This document shows, in pieces, positions 12,384 through 22,500 of a DNA stretch of 64,000 bases. The DNA lies in NCBI GenBank assembly GCA_963822445.1, contig CAWGHO010000003.1:1728001-1792000 (forward strand), read 5' to 3'. This DNA comes from an uncultured Acidobacteriota bacterium. Lineage in GTDB: Bacteria; Acidobacteriota; Thermoanaerobaculia; Gp7-AA8. The notes under the pieces were generated by a model that made no database searches, was not told the origin of the DNA, and saw only the letters and a program-made list of their open reading frames with translations. The translations under genes were made by a program, and so were the position numbers. Every line of letters begins with the position of its first letter. The stretch's first letter is position 1.

Positions 12384-12389
12384 CACCAC

Positions 12390-13055
12390 TCAGTAATCCC
12401 GGGCCGGTTTGTAGGTCTGCCCGAACTTGTTCTTGTGCTGCGACTGGCGGAAGTTGCGGCTGTCGATAGTGACCAGGGGGGCGTTGGGCAGGCCGTTGGG
12501 GCCGACCTCCAGGTCGCTCGTCACCGTCCCCCCCTGCTCGTTCCAGGCGGTCAGGCGGTATTTGCCCGGCGGGACGTCGAACGAGTACCTGCCGTTCGCG
12601 TCGGCGAAGCCGTAGTAAGGGGTCGACATCACGTGTACTACGGCGGACATGTTCGGATGGACGTTGCAGTAGATGCTGACCACGCCGGGGGTCTCGAACT
12701 TGTGAGGTTTGCCCGGTCCCTTGCGATAGAGACCGAGGTCGAAGGTGTTGCCGGGGGTGAGGGAAAAGAGGTTGTGGGCGATCGGGTCTTCGTTCGGGAA
12801 GTTGATCGTCGCCCCGGCCGGGACGGCCACGACGTGCGGCAGAAAGGTCTTGCTGCGCGTGGTCATGGTGAAGGTCGGCGCCGTGCGGCGGGAGGGTTTG
12901 CCGGCGACCGGATCGAGCCAGATCAGGGTCTCGTTCTTGACCGGATTCTGGCCGCGCTTGGTGAGAAACATGACTTGTCCGCTCACAACTGCAGCGCTGA
13001 GCTCGCCGGCGAAAAGAAGGACGCTGAGGCCGGCAGCGACGAGGAACCGTTTCAT
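12390..13055 (-). CDS. exported cupredoxin-like protein with carboxypeptidase-regulatory-like domain
   Basis: Signal peptide MKRFLVAAGLSVLLFAGELSA; FPNEDPIAHNLFS and YCNVHPNM (His/Cys/His/Met copper ligand set); ADANGRYSFDVPPGKYRLTAW. Confidence 0.8.
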   Translation of the reverse strand: MKRFLVAAGLSVLLFAGELSAAVVSGQVMFLTKRGQNPVKNETLIWLDPVAGKPSRRTAPTFTMTTRSKTFLPHVVAVPAGATINFPNEDPIAHNLFSLTPGNTFDLGLYRKGPGKPHKFETPGVVSIYCNVHPNMSAVVHVMSTPYYGFADANGRYSFDVPPGKYRLTAWNEQGGTVTSDLEVGPNGLPNAPLVTIDSRNFRQSQHKNKFGQTYKPARDY

Positions 13056-13516
13056 AGGATTTTGCTCCGGGAGCCGGAAAGTGTAGCACAGGGATTTGTG
13101 CTTCGGGATGTGCCTCGGCATGGGGGTTGAAGTAGAAATGTCATGCGAATTTTTCATTGCGATTTTCGTGAAAAAACGTACTCTATTCGACATGCTCACA
13201 TGCGCACGGGGGAGGGCGAGCTGCAATAAAGCAGATCGGCCGCTGTTTCCCTAGCCATACGTTTTCAGTGCGGCAGACGGCCGCATGATCTTTTGAAAAG
13301 TCGACCAGTTCCCGCTCCTCCCCACCACCGCGGGGTGTGCGAGCGGTCGATCCGGTCCGCAACATCGGCAAGGTGGGTCATGGCACGTGACATGACGCCG
13401 TTGCGGGGCCGCCGGAAATTCATGGGGAGGAGGTACACGAATTCGCTATGGATTGTTCTAATAAACCTGAGGGGGCTACTTCGTAGCACTGCTACTCGGT
13501 AGCAACCCAACCCCGG

Positions 13517-13543
13517 AAGGGCGCCTGAAAGGGCGCCCTTTTT
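13517..13543 (+). terminator. intrinsic terminator
   Basis: AAGGGCGCC-TGAAAG-GGCGCCCTT stem followed by TTTGTGTTT. Confidence 0.75.
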
Positions 13544-13562
13544 GTGTTTCTGGGGAAAGGCG

Positions 13563-13826
13563 TCAGTCCATCCGCGGGATGGACACGCGGTTTTCGACGA
13601 CGGGAATCGCCGGCAGGTGCGGCGCCAGGATGGCGCGGAGCTGTTCGCGCAACGCCTCGACCGTGGTGAACTCGACGTCGAGCAGCGCGTGAAGCGCCTC
13701 GACCTCCCCCGCTTTCAGCCGCGGCCGCTTTTCCAGACAGGCGTTCGTACGGCACCGGTTGGTGCAGTACTTTCGCGTCCGTCGCGTTTTCGGAAAGGGC
13801 GAGCCGCAGTACGAGCAGGTGTCCAT
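13563..13826 (-). CDS. small zinc-finger protein (CxxC...CxxxC)
   Basis: MDTCSYCGSPFPKTRRTRKYCTNRCR followed by an amphipathic helical region. Confidence 0.65.
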   Translation of the reverse strand: MDTCSYCGSPFPKTRRTRKYCTNRCRTNACLEKRPRLKAGEVEALHALLDVEFTTVEALREQLRAILAPHLPAIPVVENRVSIPRMD

Positions 13827-13828
13827 AT

Positions 13829-13901
13829 GCGTTGATCAACGCTCAGAAAGCGTTGATCAACACTGTAGCGACCTTTGTGCACGAGGTCAACACGTTGACC
13901 T
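13829..13901. promoter_or_regulatory. three palindromes with GTTGA/TCAAC half-sites (putative operator)
   Basis: GCGTTGATCAACGC (13829-13842), GTTGATCAAC (13852-13861), AGGTCAAC-AC-GTTGACCT (13884-13901), directly upstream of the Zn-finger gene. Confidence 0.55.
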
Positions 13902-13908
13902 TCGCAAG

Positions 13909-13993
13909 TGCCCCGGGCCGGGGTCGAACCGGCACGCCGCTTTCGCGGCAGCGGATTTTAAGTCCGCAGCGTCTGCCATTCCGCCACCGGGGC
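13909..13993 (-). tRNA. tRNA-Leu (anticodon TAA), CCA not encoded
   Basis: Reverse complement GCCCCGG TGGCGGAATGGCAGACGC..GCGGA CTTAAAA TCCGC, long variable arm, GGTTCGACC T-loop, CCGGGGC-A. Confidence 0.95.
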
Positions 13994-14065
13994 TGGCGAA
14001 TGGTAACCGGCTCCGATCAGATATCATTCGCCCCCGAAATCGAAGTCCCTCCTGGAGGCCCCATC

Positions 14066-15244
14066 ATGACCGCAACCCTCGAGCTCAATCCCGGCGCACC
14101 GCTGACGGTGCTGTCGGAAGACGAACAGATGTTCCAGCAGAGCGTCCGCGACTTCGCCGTCGAGAAGATCCGCCCGCTCGTCCATCAGATGGACCACGAC
14201 GCCACCATGTCCAAGGAGCTCATCTCCGCCTTCTTCGAGCTGGGCATCATGGGCGTCGAAGTGCCCGATCAGTGGGGCGGCGCCGGCGCGTCGTTCTTCA
14301 CGGCGGTGCTCATCGTCGAAGAGCTTTCGCACGTCGACGCCTCCTGCGGAGTGCTCGTCGACGTCCAGAACACCCTGGTCAACAACGCCATCCTCCGCTG
14401 GGGCAATGACGATCAGAAGTCGAAGTACCTCACCATGCTCGCCGCGGACACCGTCGGCGCGTATGCGCTTTCCGAAGCGGGCTCCGGATCGGACGCCTTC
14501 GCCCTGGCCACCAAGGCCGCGGACAAGGGCGACCACTTCGTTCTCAACGGGCAGAAGCTCTGGATCACCAATGCTGCCGAGGCGGGTGTGTTCATCGTCT
14601 TCGCCAACGCGAATCCCGACGCCGGGTACAAAGGCATCACCGCCTTCCTCATCGAGCGCGACTTCCCCGGCTTCACCATCGGCAAGAAAGAGGACAAAAC
14701 CGGCATCCGGGCTTCGTCCACCTGCGAGTTGATCCTCGAGGACTGCCACGTCCCCAGAGAAAACGTCCTCGGCGAACCCGGCAAGGGTTACAAGATCGCC
14801 ATCGAGACCCTCAACGAAGGGCGGATCGGCATCGGCGCGCAGATGCTCGGCGTCGCCCGCGGCGCTCTCGAATATGCGATCGCGTACACGAAGGAGCGCA
14901 AGCAGTTCGGCCAGCGGATCTCCGAGTTCCAAGGCGTGCAGTTCCAGATCGCCCAGGCCGCGACCGAGCTCGAGGCCGCGCGGCTGATGGTCTACAACGC
15001 CGCCCGCCTCAAAGACGCCGGCAAGCCGTTCCTGCGCGAGGCCGCCATGGCCAAGCTCTTCTCCTCCCAGGTCGCCGAGAAGGTCACTTCTCTCGCCGTG
15101 CAGCTCTTCGGCGGCAACGGCTACACCAAGGAGTATCCGGTGGAGAAGTTCTGGCGCGACTCGAAAGTCGGCCAGATCTACGAGGGGACCAGCAACATGC
15201 AGCTGGCGACGATCGCGAAAACGATTCTCACCGACCGGCTGTAG
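14066..15244 (+). CDS. acyl-CoA dehydrogenase (short/branched-chain type)
   Basis: GAYALSEAGSGSDA, LNGQKLWITN, KEDKTGIRASST, LNEGRIGIGAQ, ERKQFG, FGGNGY, IYEGTSNMQ; GGAGG RBS before ATG 14066. Confidence 0.95.
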   Translation: MTATLELNPGAPLTVLSEDEQMFQQSVRDFAVEKIRPLVHQMDHDATMSKELISAFFELGIMGVEVPDQWGGAGASFFTAVLIVEELSHVDASCGVLVDVQNTLVNNAILRWGNDDQKSKYLTMLAADTVGAYALSEAGSGSDAFALATKAADKGDHFVLNGQKLWITNAAEAGVFIVFANANPDAGYKGITAFLIERDFPGFTIGKKEDKTGIRASSTCELILEDCHVPRENVLGEPGKGYKIAIETLNEGRIGIGAQMLGVARGALEYAIAYTKERKQFGQRISEFQGVQFQIAQAATELEAARLMVYNAARLKDAGKPFLREAAMAKLFSSQVAEKVTSLAVQLFGGNGYTKEYPVEKFWRDSKVGQIYEGTSNMQLATIAKTILTDRL

Positions 15245-15247
15245 ATA

Positions 15248-15267
15248 CGGTGTGGTGCACCACACCG
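15248..15267. repeat. perfect 20-bp palindrome, collapsed form of repeat family B
   Basis: CGGTGTGGTGCACCACACCG equals the two outer arms of the element at 30352-30424. Confidence 0.75.
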
Positions 15268-15420
15268 GTCCAATTTCCGACCCCCGCGTCAGACATTGAA
15301 CCCTCATTCAGTGTCTGTTTGGTACAGACGTGGACCCGTGCCTCGCGTAACTCGTTGAGAACACGTCGAGCGATCGGCGGCACCGGCGTTGAAGTAGCGG
15401 GCCTCCCCAGGAGGCAGCTC

Positions 15421-16239
15421 ATGCGCCGAACGGTTCTCTCTCTGATTCTGCTGGTTCTCGCGGTTGGGGCCGAGGCAAAGACCGGGGTCGTGTTCATCCA
15501 CGGAAAGGGCGGCACCAACCTCGCCACGCCGAGCGTTGCCCGCGCCTACTGGGGCGAGGACATGATCCGGGCCACGACCAAAGGCTTCACCATCCCCCAT
15601 CTCATCTGCTCGTACGACGGCACCCAGTACATGTGGGTCGCCGGCGGCCAGGTCGCCGGGCAGATCTACAACTGGATGAATGCGAACGCCATCGATGACA
15701 TCGTCATCGAGACGCATTCCTTCGGCGGCGTGGTCATCCGCTGGATCCTCTCCAATCCGACCTACGACTCGCGGTATCAGCCGATCATCAACCGCATCCG
15801 CTGGGTGAACTCGATCGCCCCTCCGAACAAGGGTTCCGAGGCGGCGAATCTCGCCGGAACGCTCTCGGGATCGTGGCTCACCGGCTGGATGGTCGACCTG
15901 GTCGGCCAGAACAACGACTCCACCCGCAACTGCACGACTTCCTCGATGACCTACTACAACACCTACTACCTCAAGGGCACGGCCGGACGTCCAACCCTGC
16001 CGAAGACGATCTACAACATCGCCGGCACCGGACTCTGGAACGACTTCATCCATCCCGAGGACACCGGGCTGGCGACGCTTTCGGGTGTGGCGGGGATGCC
16101 CGGCGAAGACGACGGGATGGTCTCGCAATACAGCGCCCAGGCCGTCGGCACGATCTGGTTCACCACCCTCGCCAATCACCATCACAACCGCCGCAACGAT
16201 TACCGGAAGATCGGTGACTCGCTGGCGACCGATTTCTAG
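15421..16239 (+). CDS. secreted alpha/beta-hydrolase (lipase/esterase-like)
   Basis: Signal peptide; VVFIHGKGG, nucleophile elbow THSFGG, PPNKGSEAA, EDDGMV, C-terminal His; AGGAGG RBS. Confidence 0.8.
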   Translation: MRRTVLSLILLVLAVGAEAKTGVVFIHGKGGTNLATPSVARAYWGEDMIRATTKGFTIPHLICSYDGTQYMWVAGGQVAGQIYNWMNANAIDDIVIETHSFGGVVIRWILSNPTYDSRYQPIINRIRWVNSIAPPNKGSEAANLAGTLSGSWLTGWMVDLVGQNNDSTRNCTTSSMTYYNTYYLKGTAGRPTLPKTIYNIAGTGLWNDFIHPEDTGLATLSGVAGMPGEDDGMVSQYSAQAVGTIWFTTLANHHHNRRNDYRKIGDSLATDF

Positions 16240-16248
16240 GAGGAGACG

Positions 16249-17361
16249 ATGAAAACGACCCTGCTTGCGATCCTCCTGATCACGCCCGCCGCCTTCGCCG
16301 CCGACCTCACCGGCCGCTTCGACCGCGGTACCGCTTACGAGCCGCCGGCCGCGCACGCGCCGGCGAATGTCTCGCGGATGTTCTCCAAGTCGTTCACCCG
16401 CACTGCGCGCACGACGACGGTCGAGCTGCCCGCCGCCGGAGGTTCCGGAATGATCGTCTGGACCATTGGTGCGCGCCCGGTCCGCTCCCGGCTGATCACG
16501 CCGCACGGCGCGACTCTCGAGCCGGGCGATCGCGGCTCGCTGGAGCGCGGCCTGCGCCGTTTCGACATCCCCGCGCCGGAAACGGCGGAGTTGGACCTGC
16601 CTCGCGGTGCACATGAAGTTGTGCACGTCCTGCGGACCTCGCCGGCGACGTACCGCCTCGAGCTCGACCTGCCGGCCGACGTCGCCGGAGTGACAGTCGT
16701 CGCGGCCGAGCCGGAAAGCCCGATCACGCTCTCCAGCTGGGCCTCGCCGCTTTCCCGCCAGCCCGGCGAGCCGGTCACGCTGCATGTCGCATTGCGCGAC
16801 GGCGCGGTTGCCATCCCCGGCGCTGTCGTGACCGCGCGCCTGGCTTCACCCAACGGGAAAGCCTTCGATTCGATCCCGCTCGTCGATCAAGGCGACGGGA
16901 CCTATCGCGCGACGATCGCCGATCTTCCCGCGGCCACCGCGGGCGCGTGGCAGGTTCGCTTCGAAGCGGAAGGCCTGACCGGGAACGGAATCGCCTTCGC
17001 CCGCACCGGCTCCGGTGAATTCGTTGCGGAGCGCGGAGCGGCCAGACTCGATCCCCGCTCGATCCGCGCCGAAGTCGCGGGCGACCTGGTGCGAATCACG
17101 GCGTCCGCAGATGTCCGCATCGCCGGCGCGTATCGCTTCGACGTGATCGTCGCCGGCCCGACTGTCGCCGACTCGGTTCGTCCGTCGCTTGCCTGGGCGG
17201 AAGGGATGCGCCAGCTTCAGCCCGGCCCAGCCACCCTCACCCTCGACATCCCCCTCGCCCACCTCGGCGAAACGAAGCTCGAAGACCTCTTCCTCGACGT
17301 CCGCCTCCTCGGCCTCGACCCGTTCGGCGTCGCCGGACAGGCTGCCGTCGAAGTGAACTAA
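16249..17361 (+). CDS. secreted Ig-like beta-sandwich protein (choice-of-anchor X-like), co-transcribed with the hydrolase
   Basis: Signal peptide, AGGAGG RBS, GEPVTLHVAL and LVDQGDGTYRATI motifs. Confidence 0.6.
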   Translation: MKTTLLAILLITPAAFAADLTGRFDRGTAYEPPAAHAPANVSRMFSKSFTRTARTTTVELPAAGGSGMIVWTIGARPVRSRLITPHGATLEPGDRGSLERGLRRFDIPAPETAELDLPRGAHEVVHVLRTSPATYRLELDLPADVAGVTVVAAEPESPITLSSWASPLSRQPGEPVTLHVALRDGAVAIPGAVVTARLASPNGKAFDSIPLVDQGDGTYRATIADLPAATAGAWQVRFEAEGLTGNGIAFARTGSGEFVAERGAARLDPRSIRAEVAGDLVRITASADVRIAGAYRFDVIVAGPTVADSVRPSLAWAEGMRQLQPGPATLTLDIPLAHLGETKLEDLFLDVRLLGLDPFGVAGQAAVEVN

Positions 17362-17870
17362 GGCGTTTCGGAGTGCTGCGGCTCGGCCGCGGCACTCCGC
17401 TGTCGCGCCGCGAGCCGCTGGAGGAAATCGACGGCCAGCCCGCCGCTCGTGCGGCGGAGGGTCATCAAATAAACGGCGATGGCCACCACGCCGCCCAGCC
17501 AGGCCAGCGTTCCGAACTGCTTCTGGCCGGGATAGAACGGCCAGAGCATGAACAGCAGCGCGCCGATCACGCCGGCGATGAGCAGCAGCACCCGCTGAGC
17601 CTTCGGCGCATCGACATCGCGGTTGCAGTGCAGCGTGACCGTCGCCTCGGTGGCATCGTCAGGTGCCCACGAAACTGTGCACTCCACCGCACCGCCGCTG
17701 GCATTGCCGCGGCGAAGGGGCAGCTGGAACTCGCGCTCGCGATCGCGCTCCGCGGTGATTTCTCCGCCGTAGAGATCCACGAGCTCGCTGATGGTCGTCT
17801 CGATCCCGTCGAAGGGGATCCGATCCTCGCTCAACTCAACCAGCTTTTCTGAAGGCCGCGATTCCGTCAT
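17358..17870 (-). CDS. hypothetical membrane protein (2 TM)
   Basis: ATGA overlap with peptidase stop; two C-terminal hydrophobic helices. Confidence 0.65.
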   Translation of the reverse strand: MTESRPSEKLVELSEDRIPFDGIETTISELVDLYGGEITAERDREREFQLPLRRGNASGGAVECTVSWAPDDATEATVTLHCNRDVDAPKAQRVLLLIAGVIGALLFMLWPFYPGQKQFGTLAWLGGVVAIAVYLMTLRRTSGGLAVDFLQRLAARQRSAAAEPQHSETP

Positions 17871-19537
17871 TCGTTTCTCCCGAGCCACTCGCGACGGAGG
17901 GCGCTGTCCTGCTCTACGCGCAAGCGGATCTGCGGCCGCGGATCAGGGCGCGCCGCAACGGTGAGCCGTTTTGTGCTGCCTGCCCGCGCGATGACCAGCT
18001 CCGCCGTCTCGCCCATTCCATCCAGCGCCGAATCGAGCGCTTCCATCGAGCTCGTCCGAACGCCGTCCAGCGACACCAGCTCATCGCCCGGCAGCAGGCC
18101 GGCGTCCATCCCCGCCCCACCTCGAATCGCGCTGTCGACGATGAGCAACCCGTTCTGCATTTTCAGTTTGACGGCGAGCGAGGCGTGATCTCCCCGCGCC
18201 GCCGACGCGAATGCAACACCGGCCGCATCGAACAATTCCGTGTACGGGAGCGGCTCGACGCCAGCGACGTAGCGGGCGAAGAAGTCTCCGACGTCGGCGA
18301 CGCGCGCGACCAGCCGCTCGAACCCGTCCTCTTCGAGACCGCGGCCGGTGACGCCGTAGTCCTCCCACATCAGCCGCACCACGTCGTCCAGCGATTTCGC
18401 GCCCTCGGTCGCGCGTCGAATGGTGAGATCGAGCAGCGCCGACACGACCTCACCCTTGTTGTAGAAGGAGTACGTCGCGTTCGCGTGATCGTGCATCTGC
18501 ACGGGACTGGCCAGCCAGCCGTCGAAGCTCGCCTGCGAGAGCGGCAGATGCAAGCGCGCAGGCATGGCTTCGAGCGTCTCGATCTCTTTCTGCAGATGCT
18601 GCAGATACCGCCCGACCGGCCACAGCCCGCTGCGCACCAGGGTCAGCTCGCCGTAGTACGAAGTCAGCCCTTCCATCACCCACAGCAATCGCGTCGGCGT
18701 CTCGGTCCAGTAGTCGTACGGCCGGAAGCGGGCCGGCACGATCCGCTTGACGTTCCAGGCGTGGAAGAGCTCGTGCGAGGTGATGGAGAGCGTGTGGTCG
18801 TAGCCTTCGTCGCCCGGACCGGCGCCGAGGAGATCCGCGCGTTTGAGGATGATCGACGAGGAGCTCTCGTGCTCCACGCCATGCCATTTGTCGGCGACGT
18901 GGTAGAGGAATCGGTACTCGCTGAACGGAAACGCGCCGAACAACTCCCGCTGACTTCGGGCAATGGCGCGAATGGGCTCGATGAACTGTTCCGTGTCGAT
19001 CCCATGATCGCCGCGGAAGAGCAGATGAAACGTCGCCCCACTTTCCTCGAAGGTGTGCCGCGTTATCCGCTCCGCGGCGATGAGCGGCGAGTCGATGAGA
19101 TGGTCGTAGTCGCGGGCGACAAAGTCCGGCGCGATCTGCGACTCGATCGCCCACGACGGCGGAGCGTCGACGGTCAGCCGATGCTCTTCGCCGCGAAGCC
19201 CCTCGACGAGCATGAACAGATTCGAGCCGTTGACATACAGCTCGTCGTCATCGAGAAAGCTCGACCCGGCATCGAGCACGCCCGCGTAGTAGCGATAGCG
19301 GACTTCGACGTCCGCCCCCGCCCGCGCCTCGACGCGCCACGCGGTCTTCCCCTCTTTCCAGATGCGATGCGAGCTCGCCCACTCGCGAACATTGGCGGCG
19401 TAGTTCTGGATGAGATAGCGCCCCGGCCGCCACGCCGGCAGCAACAGCAATGGGTTGTCAGCAGGTGCTGTGAACTGGATGTTGACGTCGATCAAGCGAT
19501 CGTGCGGATTGGTCCAGCCGATTCGGTAGTGAGGCAT
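17867..19537 (-). CDS. M61 family glycyl aminopeptidase with C-terminal PDZ domain
   Basis: LPAWRPGRYLI, YDHLIDSP, GVEHESS, SHELFHAWNVKRI, LLWVMEGLTSYY, YNKG; AGLLPGDELVSLDG PDZ. Confidence 0.92.
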   Translation of the reverse strand: MPHYRIGWTNPHDRLIDVNIQFTAPADNPLLLLPAWRPGRYLIQNYAANVREWASSHRIWKEGKTAWRVEARAGADVEVRYRYYAGVLDAGSSFLDDDELYVNGSNLFMLVEGLRGEEHRLTVDAPPSWAIESQIAPDFVARDYDHLIDSPLIAAERITRHTFEESGATFHLLFRGDHGIDTEQFIEPIRAIARSQRELFGAFPFSEYRFLYHVADKWHGVEHESSSSIILKRADLLGAGPGDEGYDHTLSITSHELFHAWNVKRIVPARFRPYDYWTETPTRLLWVMEGLTSYYGELTLVRSGLWPVGRYLQHLQKEIETLEAMPARLHLPLSQASFDGWLASPVQMHDHANATYSFYNKGEVVSALLDLTIRRATEGAKSLDDVVRLMWEDYGVTGRGLEEDGFERLVARVADVGDFFARYVAGVEPLPYTELFDAAGVAFASAARGDHASLAVKLKMQNGLLIVDSAIRGGAGMDAGLLPGDELVSLDGVRTSSMEALDSALDGMGETAELVIARAGSTKRLTVAARPDPRPQIRLRVEQDSALRREWLGRNE

Positions 19538-19574
19538 TCGGAGGGCTGCATGATACGCAGGCGAGCGTTAGAGA

Positions 19575-22500
19575 CTACCGGCGCGCCTTCTGAGTCGCGT
19601 AGACGTCCAGGATGCCGAAGTACGCCTCCCATTGCCGGTCGTCATTCTCGATGCCGTCGGCAATGAGTCGAGCCTCGCGAAAGCGGCCAAGACTTGCCTC
19701 GGCCGGGGCACGGACGGCGTCGACCTCGTCGCGTTCGTGTTCGTTCAGCAATTCTGCGGTGCGGCTCACGGCGTCGCCGAGGGCTCTCTCTGCCTCCGCC
19801 CGTCTGCCGGCACGGGCGAAGGCTGAGCCGAGCCGCGCGAACATCAGCGGCCGCCCCCCGCTCTCTGGATCGTTGGACCTGAGCAGCTCAGCCACTCGGG
19901 CAGCGTCGTCAAGGCGGCCTGTCGCGATGAGGTGTTGGATGAACAGTTCCCGGATATCACGACGGGCCGACGGGCGTTTCGCCTCCGCCACCAATTGCTC
20001 CACCTCACTGTCGCGCTTGTGACGGACAAGCTCGCCGACGACGTAGTCGAGCAAGTCGCGGTCTGCAGAGTAATCGGCATTCCGAACGAGGGTCCTCGTC
20101 CGGCTCAGATCAGAATTCCGCGTGAAGTCGATCCTGGCAATCATCGCCAGCGGGATGTCGATGAAGTTCTTGGGCAGGGCGGTGGCGATCTCCTGCGCCT
20201 TATCCAGATCACCGGCCGTCGCGTAGGCTTTCGCTCGCATGAATTCGTACCAATTGCGCGAGTGCTCATCTGCGCCTGCGAATTTTGGAAACCTGTCGGC
20301 CACGCCGGTTTCGCCCGGTAAAAGCTCTCCGACAGCATCAGTGAGCACACCGATGTTTTCGCCGTCTGCTGGCAACTCCAGAACCGGCTTGAGAGCTTGC
20401 CGCGCACGATCTGGTCTGCCAACCTGTTTCCAGGCATCGGCCACCTGTTTGCGGTAGAAGCCGCCGGTATAGCCAACGAACGCTCCGCTTGCGAATTGAG
20501 CGTCGGAGTGAGACAAGAGCGCATCGGCGGTCTCTAATAGGCCAATGGACGTCTTCTTGTCACCGGCGAGCGCCGCCGCCTTCGCGATCTGAGCGAGGAA
20601 GGCTGCCTGCCACGGAGTCGCGTGACTCGCCCGGTTCGCTTCCGCGAGCGCGTCTTTCAGGACCAGGGCACTGCGGTCCGGCGCTATCCCACGCATCGCC
20701 ACCGCCAGTCTCGCCAACTGCTTCGCTCGCTCGCCGGCCTCGGCTTGCGCTGCGATTCCGCGGCGAATCTCCTCATAACGTTCGAGGCGGAGCAGCGTGG
20801 TCAGCCAGGCGACGTTCGTGTCGTACGATTGGCGGGATCGCGACTCGCTCTTGATCTGTACCTCGGGCCCTCTGGCGAGGATCGTTCGCACGTCATACCC
20901 GGCCGTCCGCGTGTACCAGATCCATCCCGCGAGAAGAACGATGAGCATCGCTGCAGCCGCGGCGAGGGTTTTCCGCATTCGCCGCGATCGTACGGCAACC
21001 GTGAGGCTCTTCTCGACGTACTCCCGTTCCGCCGCATTGAGCTCGCTGCCACGGTCCCTCAGCCACCTCGATGCTTTGGTGAGCAATGTGCCCTGGGGTA
21101 TGCCCTCTGGCGACGCCGCGCGATACAGCGCGAGATCCTGGCGCCACAGCAGGAACTCACGGTCGTCATTGAGCCATTCGCGGAGCCGTTGCCATCGCCG
21201 GATCAACGCTTCGTGGGCCACCTCGACACCATCTTCGCCGGACGACGCGTCCTTGCCCGAGACCACGAGCCGCGCGCGTTCGCCGGCGAATGCCTGAACG
21301 AGTTTCCAGCCGTCGTCGCCGATCTCGTCACGGCGCGCGCGGCGGCGCGTGTCGGCGCCCTCTTCATCCGCGGCCGAGACTCGAACGAGGCGCATCAGAA
21401 ATCTGCGCGCCGCCTCTTTCTGCGTGTCCGAAAGCTCGCCGTAAATGGTCTCGGCCCGCCGCGTCAGTGCACCAGCAACGCCTCCGATCTCCTGATAGGC
21501 AGCGAAGGTCATCCGTCCTTCCGATCGCAGGTCCCACAGTTCGCTGAGGGCATACTCGAGCAGCGGCAGGTTTCCAGGCTCGTCGCCGACGTCGTCGAGA
21601 ATCTGATCAACCAGACCGGCCTCGAACGTCAGCCTGACCGTGCTCGCCGGACGAACGATGACATCGCGCAGTTCATCCCGACGCATCGGTCCAAGGGTCA
21701 CCTGCGCGCCGGGAAGTGCATCGCTCAGATCGCGGTCGAGCGCAATGGCCTTGCCGTAGTAGTCGCTGCGAAGAGTCGCCAGGATGCAAAGCGGGGCATT
21801 CCGCGAAGCCTCGAGCAACGCGCGCACGAAGTCGCGTGCAGCGCTGTCTTCGGTCAGCGTAAAAAGCTCCTCGAACTGATCGACCACGATGAGCAGTCGA
21901 TCGGTGCCGCGGGATTTCCGGAGAATGCGCTCGATCGTGGTCGCAATGCCTCCCTGGACCGACAAAGCTTCGGCAAGCTTTCCCGAGGCGCGAATCCCGT
22001 CGATCTCTGACAGCGCCGGTTCGAGCAGCGGCACGAAAACGCTGGCCAGAGAACGCCACGGGTCCTTTCGCGGCTGCATCACCACCGCGTCCCAGACGAG
22101 ACGCGGCGGGCGGCGCGACCGAAGCTGCGGTAAGACTCCGGCACTGACCACGGAGGATTTCCCGCTGCCCGAGGGTCCGGTGACGGTGACGAATCGCGGC
22201 CGATCCTCCCACCGGCTCGCCTCATCGATCCTGCTGACCACTGCATCGATCGCCTGTTCGCGTCCGAAGAACAGCGAGGCATCCTCTTCGCGGAATGCGT
22301 CGAGCCGTCGATAGGGGCTGATGTCGGTAGGCGGCGGTGAGGCATCCTCGGACATCTCGATCGCCTGGACGAGCCGATCGATCGAGTGATCGTCGATCCC
22401 GTTGCGTAGGTCGACCCATGTGTTCAGCGCGATGAACCCCGCCGGCAGCTGGGCGCCCTCGAGAATGACTGGAATCACCGCGAGCCTGCCCTTCGACTCC

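Noticed and set aside
12265-13089. N-terminal 275-aa extension of the kinase ORF
   Set aside because: Overlaps the cupredoxin gene in another frame and the repeat array; a good RBS precedes GTG 12264
13832-14065. N-terminal extension of the acyl-CoA dehydrogenase
   Set aside because: Runs antisense across tRNA-Leu; the RBS supports ATG 14066
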